64,000 nucleotides of DNA from Octopus sinensis (GCF_006345805.1 NW_021835690.1:158881-222880); one strand, 5' to 3'; shown: positions 1 through 14,199, counted from the first letter of the stretch. Notes: generated from the letters alone by a model not told the origin. Program-made: numbers and translations.

Positions 1-357
1 TTTTATTTACATATATTCTCATTGCAACGTAGATAAATGCCTAAAGTTGAATTTTCCCATATTTTTATATTATATGACGCTGTATTTATTGAGAATGCTA
101 ATTTTGTGATTTAAGAACACACCATGTATTTTGCTTTACATATTTTCTTGCAATCTCCAACTGATACGCAATGCACAAAACGAAAACAATTCTATCAGAA
201 ATGTTTTATTCAACAAAGAGCTCAAGGGTGGTCGACATTTCTTTCTCTGTGGTTCTATATTCCGATAAAACGAAACACGTGATCATGCCACATGGTGTCG
301 ACCGTAAGAGAAGTTCAATCATAACAACTGTAAAATAATATCCTTGTTAAGATATAC

Positions 358-833
358 TCTTTACTCTTTTACTTGTTTCAGTCATTTGACTGTGGCCATG
401 CTGGAGCACCGCCTCTAGTCGAGTAAATCGCCCCCAGGACTTGTAAGCCTAGTACTTATTCTATCGGTCTCTTTTGCCGAAACGCTAAGTTACGGGGACA
501 TACACACACCAGCATCGGTTGTCAAGCGATGTTGGGGAGACAAACACAGACACACAAACACACACACAAACACACACAACACACACACACACCACACACA
601 CACACACACACAACACACACCACACATATATATATATATATTATATATATATATATATACATATATACGACGGACTTCTTTCAGTTTCCATCTACCAAAT
701 CCACTCAGAGGGCTTTGGTCGGCCCAAGGCTATAGTAGAAGACACTTGCCCAAGATACCACGCAGTAGGACTGAACCCGGAACCATGTGGCTCGTAAGTA
801 AGCTACTTACCACACAGCCACTCCTACGCCTAT
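358..833 (-). mobile_element. tRNA-derived SINE family B (CORE-like, internal microsatellite, AGTAAAAG tail)
   Basis: The most abundant family here. Further copies at ~3463-3810(-), 18277-18490(-), 21201-21610, 26845-27085, 32365-32758(-), 33605-33995, 37559-37970, 42288-42702, 46224-46720, 48548-48945 and 49670-50131. Confidence 0.85.
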
Positions 834-839
834 GATGAT

Positions 840-1864
840 CATAAAGAAAGAGAACAAGGCTTGTTGATAGTCATAAAGACTGTGGCACTTGAAAGGAACT
901 GAGATAGAATATCTGATGGGATGAAGAGAAGATGTGACGGGGAAACATCTCCATTTTCGAAACCATTCATAATGGTGCATAAACGTTTTTACAGCTGTTG
1001 TTGCGCCATTAGAAAATATTGGTACATATTGGTGCATCCAACACATAAGGTGGGGGTGGAGGCGCAATGGCCCAGTGGTTAGGGCAGCGGACTCGCGGTC
1101 ATAGGATCGCGGTTTCGATTCCCAGACCGGGCGTTGTGAGTGTTTATTGAGCGAAAACACCTAAAAAGCTCCACGTGGCTCCGGCAGGGGATGGTGGTGA
1201 TCCCTGCTGTACTCTTTCACCACAACTTTCTCTCACTCTTACTTCCTGTTTCTGTTGTACCTGTATTTTCAAAGGGCCGGCTTTGTCACTCTCTGTGTCA
1301 CGCTGAACATCCCCGAGAACTACGTTAAGAGTACACGTGTCTGTGGAGTGCTCAGCCACTTACACGTTAATTTCACGAGCAGGCTGTTCAGTTGATTCGG
1401 ATCAACCGGAACCCTCGTCGTCGTAACCGACGGAGTGCTTCCATCCACATAAGGGGGTCCTACTTTCACGTGCTGGTTGTAAGAAGAGACCCCGGTTGAC
1501 TGACGTGAATTGATAAACTCTGATGGATAGTTTGGTAGGTTCGTTAACATCAGCTGCTGGATATGGATAATACTCTCTGTATTTGGTTGACAAATGTTGA
1601 CTGGTGTGTGTGCATTTGTAGTCTGGACAATATCATTGTTGGAAGCTAAGATGCTTCGTTCAGAGACCCACTCATGATTCCCATAATTCTGTAAGAGGCT
1701 AGGACATTTCTTGAGATGTTTTGATAACTGCTCCACAATCTTTTCAAAGGTGGAGTATTATGATATTTCCACTAACAGTGTCAACTTGTAGCTGATCATT
1801 GGCCCAAATTGAAGAACACTTTTGCAAACTGGGCTACTGAGGCATCTCTATAAGTGCAGCTCTC

Positions 1865-1870
<6 letters not shown>
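840..1870 (-). mobile_element. Helitron helicase (PIF1-like) remnant split by a SINE
   Basis: LLQNYGNHEWVSERSILASNND resembles the Helitron ERAILAPxN region; degraded continuation at 840-1050. Confidence 0.55.
1058..1443 (+). mobile_element. tRNA-derived SINE family A (tail type 1)
   Basis: A box TGGCCCAGTGG and B box GGTTTCGATTCC; near-identical copy at 29099-29483. Confidence 0.85.
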
Positions 1871-1899
<29 letters not shown>

Positions 1900-1903
<4 letters not shown>

Positions 1904-2302
1904 CGTATTTTTGCCATGTCAATATGGCTAACCCCTAAGGGTGGATGCTACTGTAGTTTTTAGCCCCAGGAGGACACACTCCTCTCTGGCCATAGACACT
2001 CCTATCTGTGTCCTGTCAGTATTTGCAAAGGGAAGTCATCCTTCCCGTCTTCAACTTATGATACACACGGACCCGAGTTTCGAGGTATTGACCTCTCGTC
2101 AGCGTGTGACAATCATAGTTGTCGCCGAGAATTAGATTTCCTTCACAAATACTTATACTTTTTCCAGCGCCCACTGTCGCTGATATTGAAAAAGTGAAAT
2201 CAAACAATGATAAATATCAAAGTGAGTTATATACAGTAGCGGTAACACATCGTGACGTATTTTTGCCATTTCAATATGGCTAACCCCTAAGGGTGGATGC
2301 TA

Positions 2303-2310
<8 letters not shown>
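1900..2310 (+). mobile_element. Unclassified interspersed repeat with a partial tandem duplication
   Basis: TGACGTATTTTTGCCAT...GCTAACCCCTAAGGGTGGATGCTACTG recurs at 2253-2310 and 34240-34520. Confidence 0.65.
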
Positions 2311-2345
<35 letters not shown>

Positions 2346-2405
2346 TATATGTAAATATATATATATATATATGTATGTATGTATGTTATATATAATATAT
2401 GTGTG

Positions 2406-2436
<31 letters not shown>

Positions 2437-2984
2437 TACGGCGAGCTTCTTTCAGTTTCCGTCTACCAAATCCACTCACAAGGCTTTGGTCATCTCGAGC
2501 TGTAGTTGAGGACACTTCCCCAAGGTGCAACACATTGGGTACTAAACTCGTAACCATATAGTTGAGAAACAGGCTTATTATTTCTTTATTGCCCACAGGG
2601 GGCTAAACATAGAGGGGAAAAACAAGGACAGACAAAGGGATTAAGTCGATTACATCGACCGCAGTGGGTAACTGGTACTTAGTTTACCGACCTCGTATTT
2701 TCTTTCTCGTCTGCAAAGATAGCTTTCTTTGAAGCATGATGCTAATTCTTCAGCAGAGGTATCACTGGAATGACTGACAGAGTTGCCTAAAACAGAGAAA
2801 GCCTCCTGTAACACAACGGGTAAGAATAGGGTTAATTCTTAATTCTTGCGTTACCTCTTAGATATAATTAGTGCTATTATATATAATCTTATGTGTGTAC
2901 CTCGAGAAGTTCAACGAACATCTTTTTACATATTCGACCCCCAAGGAAACACCGGTTATTTCTGCCGGCGTTTGAGTAGTATCC

Positions 2985-3174
2985 ATCCATCCATTCTATC
3001 TATCTGTCTATCTATCTATCTATCAATCTATCTGTTTATCTATCTGTCTATCTATCTGTCTGTCCGTCTGTCTATGTATCTATCTGTCTATCTGTCTATC
3101 TATCTATCTGTCTATCTGTCAGTCTATCTATCTATCTGTCTATATGTATGTCTGTCTATCTGTCTATCTTTCTA

Positions 3175-3221
<47 letters not shown>

Positions 3222-3301
3222 GTCTGTCTGTGTGTCTGTCTATCTATCTGTCTGTCTGTCTGTCTATCTTATTATTATTATTATTATTGTTGTTGTTGTT
3301 A

Positions 3302-3336
<35 letters not shown>

Positions 3337-3440
3337 GTTGTTGTTATTGTTATTATTATTATTATTATATTATTATTATTTTTTTATTATTATTATTAAT
3401 TATCATCATCATCATCATAATTATTATTATTTATATTATA
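2985..3440. repeat. Compound microsatellite (TCTA/TCTG)n + (ATT)n
   Basis: Direct reading. Confidence 0.95.
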
Positions 3441-4054
3441 TATAGTTATTCTATTTTTCATCTCTTACTTTTTACTTGTTTCAGACTGTGGCCATGCTGG
3501 GGCACCACCCGGAAGAATTTTGGTGGAATGAATCAACCATAGTACTTATTTTAAGCCCGGTTCTTATTCTCTCAAAACTCTTTTGCCGAACTGTTATGTT
3601 ACAAGGGACGTAAACACAACAACACCGGTTGTCAAGCAGTAGTGTGTGTGTGTGCGTGCGGGCGTGTGTATGTGTGTGGAGGGGGTCTGTGTTTACAAAA
3701 TCCACTCACAAGGCCGAGGCTATTGTAGATGCCCCTCCCCCCAGGGGTCACGCGGTGGAGTCACGTAGTTTGGAAAGCGAACTCCTTACCACGCAGCCAC
3801 GCCTGCGTCTATTTCCCCAGAATTATATTTACTGAGAGCATTGAACTCCAATTATTTAGACTAAATAAACATCAACAATAGCACGGTTCTCACTTCATAA
3901 AGTCTTACAGATGCCATGTGAACTGCTTCTTTGCCACGTTTGACTAACTTTTTTTTTTTAAATTGCTTGTACGCAAGGGAGATAACTTTTTACGCAGTCT
4001 AAAAACTGGGTTATTTCCCTTAGACCGTTTATTATTTATAATTATCTACGAATT

Positions 4055-4311
4055 AATTGCAGCATGGAAGGTGTTTATAAGCCATTAAAGAAACACACAA
4101 AAACCGTTAGATTCACTTCAACATTTAATTTAATTTGTCAAAATATTTTCGTCGCTTTGAGACCCCAAAATGCAGCACGGAACTTAGTGAAGAGGTTGTG
4201 GTCTCAAAGCGACGAAAATATTTTGACAAATTAAACTTAAATGTTGAAGTGAATCTAACGGTTTTTTGTGTGTTTCTTAAATGGCTTATAAACACCTTCC
4301 ACGCTGCAATT
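4055..4311. mobile_element. Fold-back repeat (~110-bp arms), Penelope-pLTR/MITE-like; second copy at ~41440-41710
   Basis: Arm 4055-4164 is the reverse complement of 4200-4311. The same sequence, plus the flank 4311-4375 inverted, recurs at 41440-41710. Confidence 0.7.
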
Positions 4312-5338
4312 GTCTTCGTTCCAGCACACGATCTCAGATCATGTCACTTGCTATGCAAGTACATCTCCGTAATATATACAAATCATAAATTCGTTTTTTT
4401 TTTTTCCACTGTGAATATTGGTTTTATTGGATATACACAGATTTTTTTTCTTAAATACAGATATATATGTATATAATAAACATTTACGCATAAAGTAATA
4501 TCAGCATACAAACACACACACACACATATACTTTTTGTTAATGGTAACAGCAACAACAAACTTCCCGTTTCCAGCTCAGTTCTTGACGGCTAACATCGCT
4601 ACAAATTGATTGTCACTTCCTAAACGAAGTTATTTCCTGTCTTTGCTTCTTAAGATTCAGTTATTTGCTGCTCCATTGGAGGAAAATCGAATTTTTTAAA
4701 ATATATAATCTTTAATTAAATAATATATTCAACAGAAAGCGTTTTCAAGGGAAGTAACTTTGTAATTCTATGCAAATGTTTTAAAATTTCTACTTCCAAT
4801 CCAACGTTTCAGGCGCAATACAGACCTTAAAAGCCATCAGATCTGGTCAGTTTCTTTTACCAAGTAGGGAACATAAACAGACCAACACTGATTATCAAAT
4901 GGTGGAGGTACACACATATACACATGCACACACACATATATATATATATATGTATGTATGTATGTATGTATACATACATACATACATACATACATACATA
5001 CATACATACATACACACATACACACATATATATATATATTATATGTATGTATTATGTTTACATCCCATAACTCAGTAGTTTGGCAAAAGAGACTAGTAGA
5101 ATAAGTACTAAACTTACAAAGAATAAGTCCTGGGGTCAATTTATTTGACTAAAATACCCTTTAAGGGGGTGCTCCAGCATGGCCGCAATCAAATGACTGA
5201 AACAAGTAAAAGAATAAAAGAAAAGAATTTGCACATAAAACATACCATTGGTTTATTTAAGTTATTTCCCTTTGTCTAATTTTGTATATTTTTGATCTTT
5301 AGTTATAATGTACAGATAGTAACACCTTTTATTTAGAG

Positions 5339-5670
5339 CAGTAGTTCTCAACAAGGGTCCCTTTGACCTCTGCGGGTCCGTATAAGATTGGGCGGCGGGG
5401 AAGGAGACACACAAGCAAAATAGTAAGTTGGGGATCCACAGTAGTGTATTAAGGGTCCATGAACATCTTTTGCTTTAGATGTACTTATTAGAAGAGACAG
5501 GTTTCTTTCTCCGACATTTTACAGAGTTCAACCTACAGAAATGAATGTCTGAAAAGCAAAGAAGTTTCTATAAAATTAGTTTTTAAACATCGAATGGCTT
5601 TGTGGCGTCGACCAGAATGAAATCGGAATGAAAGGGGGTCTATAGGTAAAAGAATTGTTGAGAACCACTG
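5339..5670. mobile_element. hAT MITE
   Basis: TIRs CAGTAGTTCTCAAC/GTTGAGAACCACTG; 8-bp TSD ATTTAGAG/CTTTAGAG. Confidence 0.85.
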
Positions 5671-5674
5671 CTTT

Positions 5675-6170
5675 AGAGAGAGAAAGAAAGTACAAGAGAG
5701 AGAGAAAGAAAATACAAGAGAGAGAGAGAGACAGAAAAATGAAGTACAAGGAGAGAAAGAAATGAAGTACAAGAAAGAGAGAGACAGAGAAAAGGGAAGT
5801 ACAAGAAGGTGAGGGAGAAAGGAAGTACAAGAAAGAGGGAGAGAGAAAGGAAGTACAATAGAGAGAGAGAAAGGAAGTACAAGAAAGAGGGAGAGAGAAA
5901 GGAAGTGCAATAGAGAGAGGGAAAGGAAGTACAATAGAGAGAGAGAAAGGAAGTACAAGAAAGAGAGACAGAGAAAAAGGAAGTACAAGAAGGTGAGGGA
6001 GAAAGGAAGTACAAGAAAGAGGGAGAGAGAAAGGAAGTGCAATAGAGAGAGAGAAAGGAAGTACAAGAAAGAGAGAGAGAGAGAGAAAGGAAGTACAAGA
6101 AAGAGAGAGAGAAAGGAAGTACAAGAGAGAGAGAGAGAAAGGAAGTACAAGAGAGAGAGAGAGAGAGAAA
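5675..6170. repeat. Purine-rich minisatellite (GA)n-AAGGAAGTACAA
   Basis: More than 15 copies of AAGGAAGTACAA separated by GA runs. Confidence 0.9.
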
Positions 6171-7089
6171 AAGCCAGAAAAACAAAAACAGTTGATATTA
6201 AATGATCTTGAAATGTTAAGATCAGTTTTAATTGCAATTGCTTAACGCCAATTAACATATTTGTTCATTAGTTTTCCTTGTTTGTTGATGACATCATGAA
6301 CATGGACTCATGTTTCCTACACAATAAAAATTACCTGGATTTTATAAACGTTACTAATTTGTTATATCCTCTTATTTCTGGCTCTCTCTGTCAGCTATGA
6401 CACCAGGTGTTCCAGTTGGTTCGATCAATGGAACAGCCGACTCATAGACACACACGTCCACCTTTAATGTAGATTCTCAAAGAGATTCAGCATGACACAG
6501 AAGGTGAAAAGGCTGGCCCCTTTGGAGTTAGAAGTACAACTCATTCTTGATAGTAGAGTTGACTGGAGCAACATGAAGTAAAGTGTCTTGCTCAAGGATA
6601 CAACACACCACTGGGAATCAAACTGATGATCTTACAATTGTGAGCCGAATACTCTAAACCCTAAACCACACACCTTCACATCATCCGGATTCATAAAGAA
6701 ACTTTAAAGTCTATAATAATAATAATCATCATCATCATCGTTTAACGTCCGCTTTCCATGCTAGCAGGGGGTTGGACGGTTCAACTGGGGTCTGAGAAGT
6801 CAGGAGGCTGCACCAGGCCCAGTCTGATCTGGCAGTGTTTCTACAGCTGGATGCCCTTCCTAACGCCAACCACTCCGTGAGTGTAGTGGGTGCTTTTTAT
6901 GTGCCACCGACACATGTGCCAGACGAGGCTGGCGAACGGCCACGCTCGGATGGTGTTTTTTTATGTGCCACCAACACAGGTGCCAGATGAGGCTGGCGAA
7001 CGGCAATGCTCGGATGGTGTTTTTTTTTTTTTAGGTGCACCACAACTTGTCAGACAGTGCATATAAAATATATGCAGTAATGTACAAAT

Positions 7090-7500
7090 GTCTGGAAAGC
7101 GAATAATGTATGAGTCAGATACATGCTTGTGTGTGTATGGAGGGGAAGAAATCAGGTGTAGTGTTGGCGAATCTCAGAAAGCATGGAAGTTTTGAAGGAT
7201 GCAGTGCTCCGACAACTAACAACTGATGCCGGCAGTTTGTTCCATGCTTCAGCAACTCTTAGCGTGTTTCCAAAAGTCATGGGAGCTGTGTTGTTTTCTG
7301 AGTTTGTAAACATGTCCACGGGTGTTAGACGGGTGGAGTTTGAAAAGGTGCTCAGAGTTATTGTTTTTAAGATGGTTGATAATTTTATGGGTGTCTGCCA
7401 AGTCAGCTGCCAGACGTCGGAGTTTCAATGTGTCCATGCCCAGGGAAGTAATATTGCCACAGTTTGACAAACTGAGCTCAGTGAAGCATTTTTGCAAGGT
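7090..7500 (-). mobile_element. CR1/L2-group LINE 3' fragment
   Basis: TLKLRRLAADLADTHKIIN...TRGHVYKL typical of a CR1-type ORF2 end. Confidence 0.7.
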
Positions 7501-8946
7501 CCACACACACACACACACACACACGCACAGCACAGCACATATATACATGCATAAGCAAATACACTTACAGCACTAATAATGTCATATATTAATTATTTAT
7601 TGGCTAAGCAGCATACTTTAGCTGCTGGACAGGTACTGTAAGACAATACCTGGCTTGTACATACACTCTTGCTCTCCAGACACTCATGTTTTCTATTAAG
7701 CTTGACCAACAAACCATCTTTTTGCTAAAAACACCCAAAAGCTCATTTTATCATCCCTGGACTCAGCATAAGCCATTGAGTATGATCTCACTTAGATATA
7801 TGCAAGAGGGGGTGCTGTAAAGTAAAGAAAATGCTCCTGAAAATTTAACATTTCCAACATTCTGCCAAAGATGGCCAACTCCTGCCCCAAAGGTGTATTT
7901 TTTATTCTTTTACTTTCTTTTACTCATTTCAGTCATGTGGCTGTGGCCATGCTGAAGCACAACCATTTAAATTTAAATTCCATCTTTAGTTGCTTCCACT
8001 TCTTGTGGTAAAGTACAGTACCCTCTTTGTCCTATACTTTTCTCAGCTCAGTTAATTATCATAGCCCCTGAAACTTTATTTTTCCTACGACTCCACTCTT
8101 TTAACAAACAATGCTTTTTACAGGCAATAAAATAGTTGCATTTCAAACAAGCTCAAGGAATATAAAAGCTGAAAAGCAAGAGTCTCTCTACAGATCAGAC
8201 CTGAGATGTGCTTGATGCCACCATAACAGACAAAGCATAGAATGGCCAGCTTGGATGTTGTCATGGAAAACCTTGTGGTGATAACACTTATCACCTTCCT
8301 TGCCTAGTTCTTTGGTGCCTTTGTCACATCCCAGGCATGATGGATGAATTGGAAGAATACGGGAGAAAAACAAACAAAAGAATAACAAAAAATAACAGCT
8401 ATATAAAAAGAAAAATTAAATAAATTACCAAAACCAAAACCAAATTTTATTAAATTTTTGATATTTTTTTTAAATACTTTAAAATTTTTTGTTCCATTTC
8501 AACTCAAATACAAATAATTGTTTTTAAAATCATTTAATTTTTTCTCCTCATTTCCTAAATTTGGCTACGATAAATTTTCCCTACTCAACTCCATTATTAC
8601 ATTTTACAGTATTTTCATATCTTTTTGAACATTTTTTTTTTAATTATTCATAATTTTGGATAATAAATCTTGTCAAATTAAATAATTATTTTATTTTGAT
8701 TATAAAGTCAAAATTTAGTTTAAATGAAAAATAATTTTTGATACTTTTGGGGCAATCAATGCATCTTATACACACTAAATCTTTAAAACAAATTATAAAA
8801 TAGTTGTTATTTGATACAGTTTTGTTGGGGCTTTTTATTGTTTCTCCTTTGTCACATGGATTGAGACTTTTACAATAGAGATAATATAACAAACTAGCAG
8901 AGACACCTGATGTTGCTCAGGATTAAAATGGCATAGTTTGTATGCA

Positions 8947-9285
8947 TACGAGGGGCGTTCAATAAGTAATGCCCTTGACCCACTTCCCATAGCAGTAGAG
9001 CAACGAAACTTGGCACAGTTATTAGTCTTTTTCTACATAGGAACCACCCAGAGTTATGCATTTCTCCCATCGTTTGATGCAGCTCTGGAGACGGTTTTTG
9101 TAGAAGACCCCAGCTTGGTCCTCCAACCACGACGTGACTTCAGAAATCAAGGCTGCATCATCTGGGAAACGCTTTCCTTTCAAAAACAACTTCATGGCTG
9201 GGAAGAGGTGAAAATCAGAGGGTGCAAGGTCAGGAGAGTATGGGGGGATGGGGGAGGAGTTCATAACCGCACACCTCATATATTA
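8947..9285 (-). mobile_element. Mariner 3' fragment
   Basis: TACGAGGGGCGTTCAATAAGTAATGC TIR; ORF PPYSPDLAPSDFHLFP...RWEKCITLGGSYVEK. Confidence 0.9.
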
Positions 9286-10490
9286 CAGTTATGTTGAAAC
9301 AGGTGATCCAGGAAAATGCAGCATTGATCACAAAGCATCTGTGGAGCTAATTCGACAAAGCAACTTTGTCATTCATCCTTTTAGAATATTCCAGGCCTCA
9401 ACCAGTCATGGAAAATCAGTGGGAGTATGTGATTTTTCAACACACCAAAAAGTTCTCAGTGGTTATACTCTCCTTTGTGGCAGTCAGCACTGCATCTAAC
9501 ACGACCCGTCATCTGAAGTTTTGACACCTCTTTCAGGTTTGTTGTCCTGCATCACTCATAAAGTAAATTCGGAAGAACTGTGGTTGTTCATTTGTGGGTA
9601 ACAGGGAACCAATGTGGTGATAGACTTGCCCTTGAACTTTGGACAGCGGCGTAAATCTTTGTTCAACTACCTCCTTAGATCATAGCTTCCCAAAGTGGGC
9701 AATTTCAACTTACAAGTGGGCGATGGGCAAATTTCTGGAAAATGGTGAGCGATTTGAGATTTTGGTGGGCAATATGAGCATTTTGTGGGTGACAAAGAAT
9801 TTTTAGAAATCAAGTCTGCAATTACTTATATCTAGGCATTCCTATAATAAGGATGTACTTTTATCCATTTGTCTACTCGCATGAGACATTCCTTTGTATT
9901 GAAAAAGCGACTTGTTTATCAATTGAATATTTTTGCCATGCAGGTCATTGAGATGGTTGTCATGTGTGCTAAAAATAGCAGCCAAATAGGCTCAATTTTT
10001 TGTGGGGAGCATAATCGTATGAAGCCCCACGTGTAGAATACAAATTAGCAAAAATTTTCTGAAGACTCCAAAAAATAAAAAAGTTATGAGGGATTATGAG
10101 TCGTGCGTAATTCTATGGTTTGATATCAAAACACAAATGCTATTTTCATGATTTTGACAAAATGTGCAGTCATTCACAAAGTGACAGCTTTGAAATCATG
10201 TTTCTTGACTGGATGAAAATGATCAAACTTTAAACCTCTAAAACTTTTTTTAAAACATTTTTCCAGTAAAAGCTGAATAACTCCAGCAATTTAGCTTGGA
10301 AAAGTACATTAATGTGCCAAATTTTAGAATTTTCAATAAACTTTAATTTTTGAAATGCTGGCAGCCAAACTAGATCTGTATTTGCTCCAGATGTATCATC
10401 TGACTCTGCTCTATCGACTTCTCTTTGGGAACACCATACGGCCTTTCTGACGCCGTCTGTAGAAATTTGTTTCCAAATTTTCCCTTTACT

Positions 10491-10900
10491 CATGCCTCCA
10501 GTCAAGAAAATTTGTCAACAGTACAGTAGTGATTATTTATCCATTTGGATTTATTCCCTCTCCTCAGAATGTGCTATCTTTGCCATCAAACATTGACCAA
10601 CGAAGCAATGAAGCCTTCACTCTTGAAGTATCACTTTGATGCAAAGCATTCTGACAAGAAAAACAAGCCGTTATCATACTTTTTGCAACTGAGTGCCTCT
10701 TTCAATAAGCAAACTCAAGCATGCAACCTCAGGAAACTAGTAAACAGGTGAATGACGGGTTGATTGCATCATACAAGATTGCATGACTCATTGCTAAGTC
10801 TGAGAAGTCTCACACAATTGGAGAAACATTACTAAATTATTTCGCCTGGTTATCAAAGAGGTTTTGTCAACCATTATGCACAAAACACCCGATAACATTA
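10491..10900 (+). mobile_element. hAT (Buster/Charlie-type) transposase 5' remnant
   Basis: CYLCHQTLTNEAMKPSLLKYHFDAKH BED-like finger, then ASYKIA and KSHTIGETL; possible TIR at 9681-9700. Confidence 0.75.
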
Positions 10901-11610
10901 TGAAGATCCCACTTATGAAGAAGATCCCAGAAAAACGGACGATGATCCGGTTCTTGACTGAAGATAAAAGGCTTCGAATGACCCGTCCGTGTTTTTTGTA
11001 TCATCTATTTGGATGTTTTGCGTTCTTGTCCCATTTTGTATTTTTTATATATATATATAGCAGCGTATGTACACTTTGTTCTCTTATATATATATATATA
11101 TATATATATTGGTAAAAACGGTAAGATAACAAAAGAAAGAAAGAGACCTTAATATTATGTAAGTAGAGGAAATTTATCTGTAAAATAATATGTGACAATT
11201 ATTCAATAGCCAAGATAAAGACAAAGACGGGTGTGTAAACAACAAACAGATGTATTAGTTTAATATATGTATGTAATACATATCTGATATATTTTTATAT
11301 CACGTGATCACGTGACCGACTAGGCTATCAGATGTTGCTACACATCGCTGGTCACAATGCGCTTCGCATTGTTGTAGCTTTCAAATGACACCACCCCGCT
11401 GGCTAAGTGAGCAGGCCTACAGAAGAATGAGTGAGAGAAAGTTGTGGCGAAAGAGTACAGCAGGGATCGCCACCACCCCCTGCCAGAGCCTCGTGGAGCT
11501 TTAGGTGTTTCCACTCAATAGACACTCACAATGCCCGGTCTGGGAATCGAAACCGCGATCCTACAACCGCAAGTCCGCTGCCCTAACCACTGGGCCATTG
11601 CGCCTCCACA

Positions 11611-11644
<34 letters not shown>

Positions 11645-11853
11645 AAATAGAAAGATGAATAATCTTGTTGCAGATTAATCAAAAGTTTAACCGATACCTT
11701 GGTAGCAAAAATCACAGCAGAAGACAGCACGGTTGGAGGTACAACCATATGGTGTTGCAACCGTGCGTTGGTGCGGATAATTGAATTTTAATATTATTAG
11801 TGAATTGAAGAAATGGAGTTGAACGAAGATTGAACAGAAATCGTTTTATTTCA

Positions 11854-11933
11854 TTCTACACGTGTTTCGAAAGGCACAATTTACCAAATTCCGATTGAAT
11901 AATGAGACCATATTGTGTCTTTCTCTTCAGGAA
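11854..11933 (-). ncRNA. Type-I hammerhead ribozyme with long stem II, left arm of an inverted repeat
   Basis: TTC-CTGAAGA-GAAAGaCACAAT...ATTGTGcCTTTC-GAAA-CACGTG-TA-GAA. Confidence 0.75.
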
Positions 11934-12014
11934 GAAATAGGAAATCCGTTGGAAAAACAGAACAGAGGCGGAGCAAAACAAATCGAACTAGGCTCCTAAG
12001 AGCCCATGGCCAAA

Positions 12015-12091
12015 CTGAAGAGAAAGACACAATATGGTCTCATTATTCAATCGGAATTTGGTAAATTGTGCCTTTCGAAACACGTGTAGAA
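12015..12091 (+). ncRNA. Hammerhead copy lacking the 5' strand of stem I, right arm of the inverted repeat
   Basis: Same core, stem II and stem III as 11854-11933; preceded by AAA instead of TTC. Confidence 0.65.
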
Positions 12092-12145
12092 TGAATAAAA
12101 CGATTTCTGTTCAATCTTCGTTCAACTCCATTTCTTCAATTCACT

Positions 12146-12253
<108 letters not shown>

Positions 12254-14199
12254 CCACACACATTTATATATTCAGTTAATTAAGAATATTAAGAGCACCA
12301 TCCGAGCCTGATCGTTGCTAGAGCAGCTAACTGGCTTCCATGCCGGTGGCACGTAAAAGGGCAAAATTCGAGTGTAATCGTTACCAGCGTCGCCTTACTA
12401 GCACTTGTGCCCGTGCTAGTAGGGTGCTAAGAGCACCATCCGAGTGTGATCATTGCCAGAGCATCCAACTAGCTTCCGTGCCAGTGGGACATAAAAGGCA
12501 CCATTCAAGTGTGATCATTACCAACGTTGCCTTACTGGCACCTGTGTCGGTGGCGTGTGTAAAAAGATTCGAGCAAGGTCGTTGCCAGTACTGCCTGACT
12601 GGCCCCCTGTGCCGGTGGCACGTAAAAAGCACCCACTACACTCTCGGAGTGGTTGGCGTTAGGAAGGGCATCCAGCTGTAGAAACTCTGCCTGATCAAGA
12701 TTGGAGCCTGGTGCAGCCATCTGGTTCGCCAGCCCTTAGTCAAAATCGTCCAACCCATGCTAGTATGGAAAGCGGACGTTAAATGATGATGATGATGATG
12801 ATGATTATCACATTTTTTCTGCTAATCCACTCTTTTTACAGGAATCTCGTTTTGCAACCAAAAAATGGCTGCTTTTGACACAAAACACAAAATGTATACA
12901 AGATGAAATAAAAATTGAACTTTTAAAATGTTGAGACTTTAGTAAAAAGGTAACGAGAATTTATTGACAGAAAGTAATTTATATAAATACCTTGGATAAA
13001 CCAAGACAAAGGAGGAAAATGCCAATAAGGCTGCAGTAAATGAATTAAATGATGCCAGTCTGGAAGCAGTAGAGTAAATGAGACGACTAGTTTTGTATCA
13101 AAGGAGTCTGACCATTTTCACATTCTTGAGAAACACCTGAAGAACACCACAGGTGTTGGGGGTGGAATTTAATTAATATTTTAAGGTTGGTTGGAGTGGG
13201 GAGTGGGAACAACTGTGCTGATGCATTCCATATTTCTGTGGGGTGGGTATCATTATTCTAAAAGTCAGGGAAGGGTTTTATTTCATCTACTGGTTCAACG
13301 GGCATCAATGCATGCATAATAATAATAATTGTTATTCTGATTGCTGAGTGAGGGATTGAATTTTAAAAAATGAAATTTTTGAAAAAAATGATCTTTCAGA
13401 AAGTTGGCTGTTATTTCAAGCATATCAAGCATCCATACACATAGAAATGAGCAATTGAATTTAAAAACATGTAGAATGTCGGTATGGGGGTGAGGTGGGT
13501 ATGCTGAAAGCTAGGAAGCGGGGTAAAAATAATTGAAATTTTGAAAATAAATTTATTTTTCAGATCTCCAAGTTTTTCCTATGTGGAATTAAAAAAAAAA
13601 TTGGAAAAAGGGAAAACAGAAATTTTGGGGGAAGGGGTCATGTTTGAAGTTTTGAATGGCTGAAAATTGTCATCAGGTTGAAAACACAGGATACCAAAGA
13701 AACATTGGGGAAAAAAATGAAATAAAAGTGGTTAGAGGGCACAATATGTCCCCCAATTTCTTCCACTTTTCAACTATCCCTAATTGCTGAGACAAACAAG
13801 CACTACTTTGCTTGGGTACCACTGTTTATGTATAAGTGGATGAGAGGTTACATACATGTGTGTATACGCACTCACAGTTACATCTATATACATAGGTGTA
13901 ACTACAGTTTAGTACCCCAGAGATCACCCTCAATTTTAACCATCTTTTGCCTCATAGCTTTTTTCATACAGTACCAAATTTAGTACAGTTTTCAGTATTG
14001 GTTTCCTGCCCTATTGATTGTTCAGAAAAGCTTAATTATACTAATTGTTTTTTCTAAAATAATAGATTTATGATGATTTAAATACGAATTTAAGCTAGTT
14101 TCCATTTCTGATTTGACCACTTTTTGCCCTATAAACTTATGTAAGATTCTTCTCCTTTAGCTCTTTGAGGAAAGCTTTGAGGAAAATTATCCCTTAAAA

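Noticed and set aside
1058-1135. tRNA-like sequences at SINE 5' ends (also 21203, 30615, 60238 and others)
   Set aside because: They continue into SINE bodies and lack a complete cloverleaf and acceptor stem, so they are not called tRNA genes.
2846-3542. Long ORFs such as YLSIYLSV..., and similar ones at 5533-6258, 18426-19130, 25591-26447, 38559-38900 and 53899-54276
   Set aside because: They are translations of microsatellites that lack stop codons, with no protein signal.
10930-11006. CTGAAGA at 10958 inside an imperfect hairpin
   Set aside because: Stem II and the GAAA/UH geometry could not be built.
13137-13160. CTGAAGA followed by the hairpin ACACC-ACA-GGTGT
   Set aside because: No GAAA or stem III follows; at best a decayed hammerhead.
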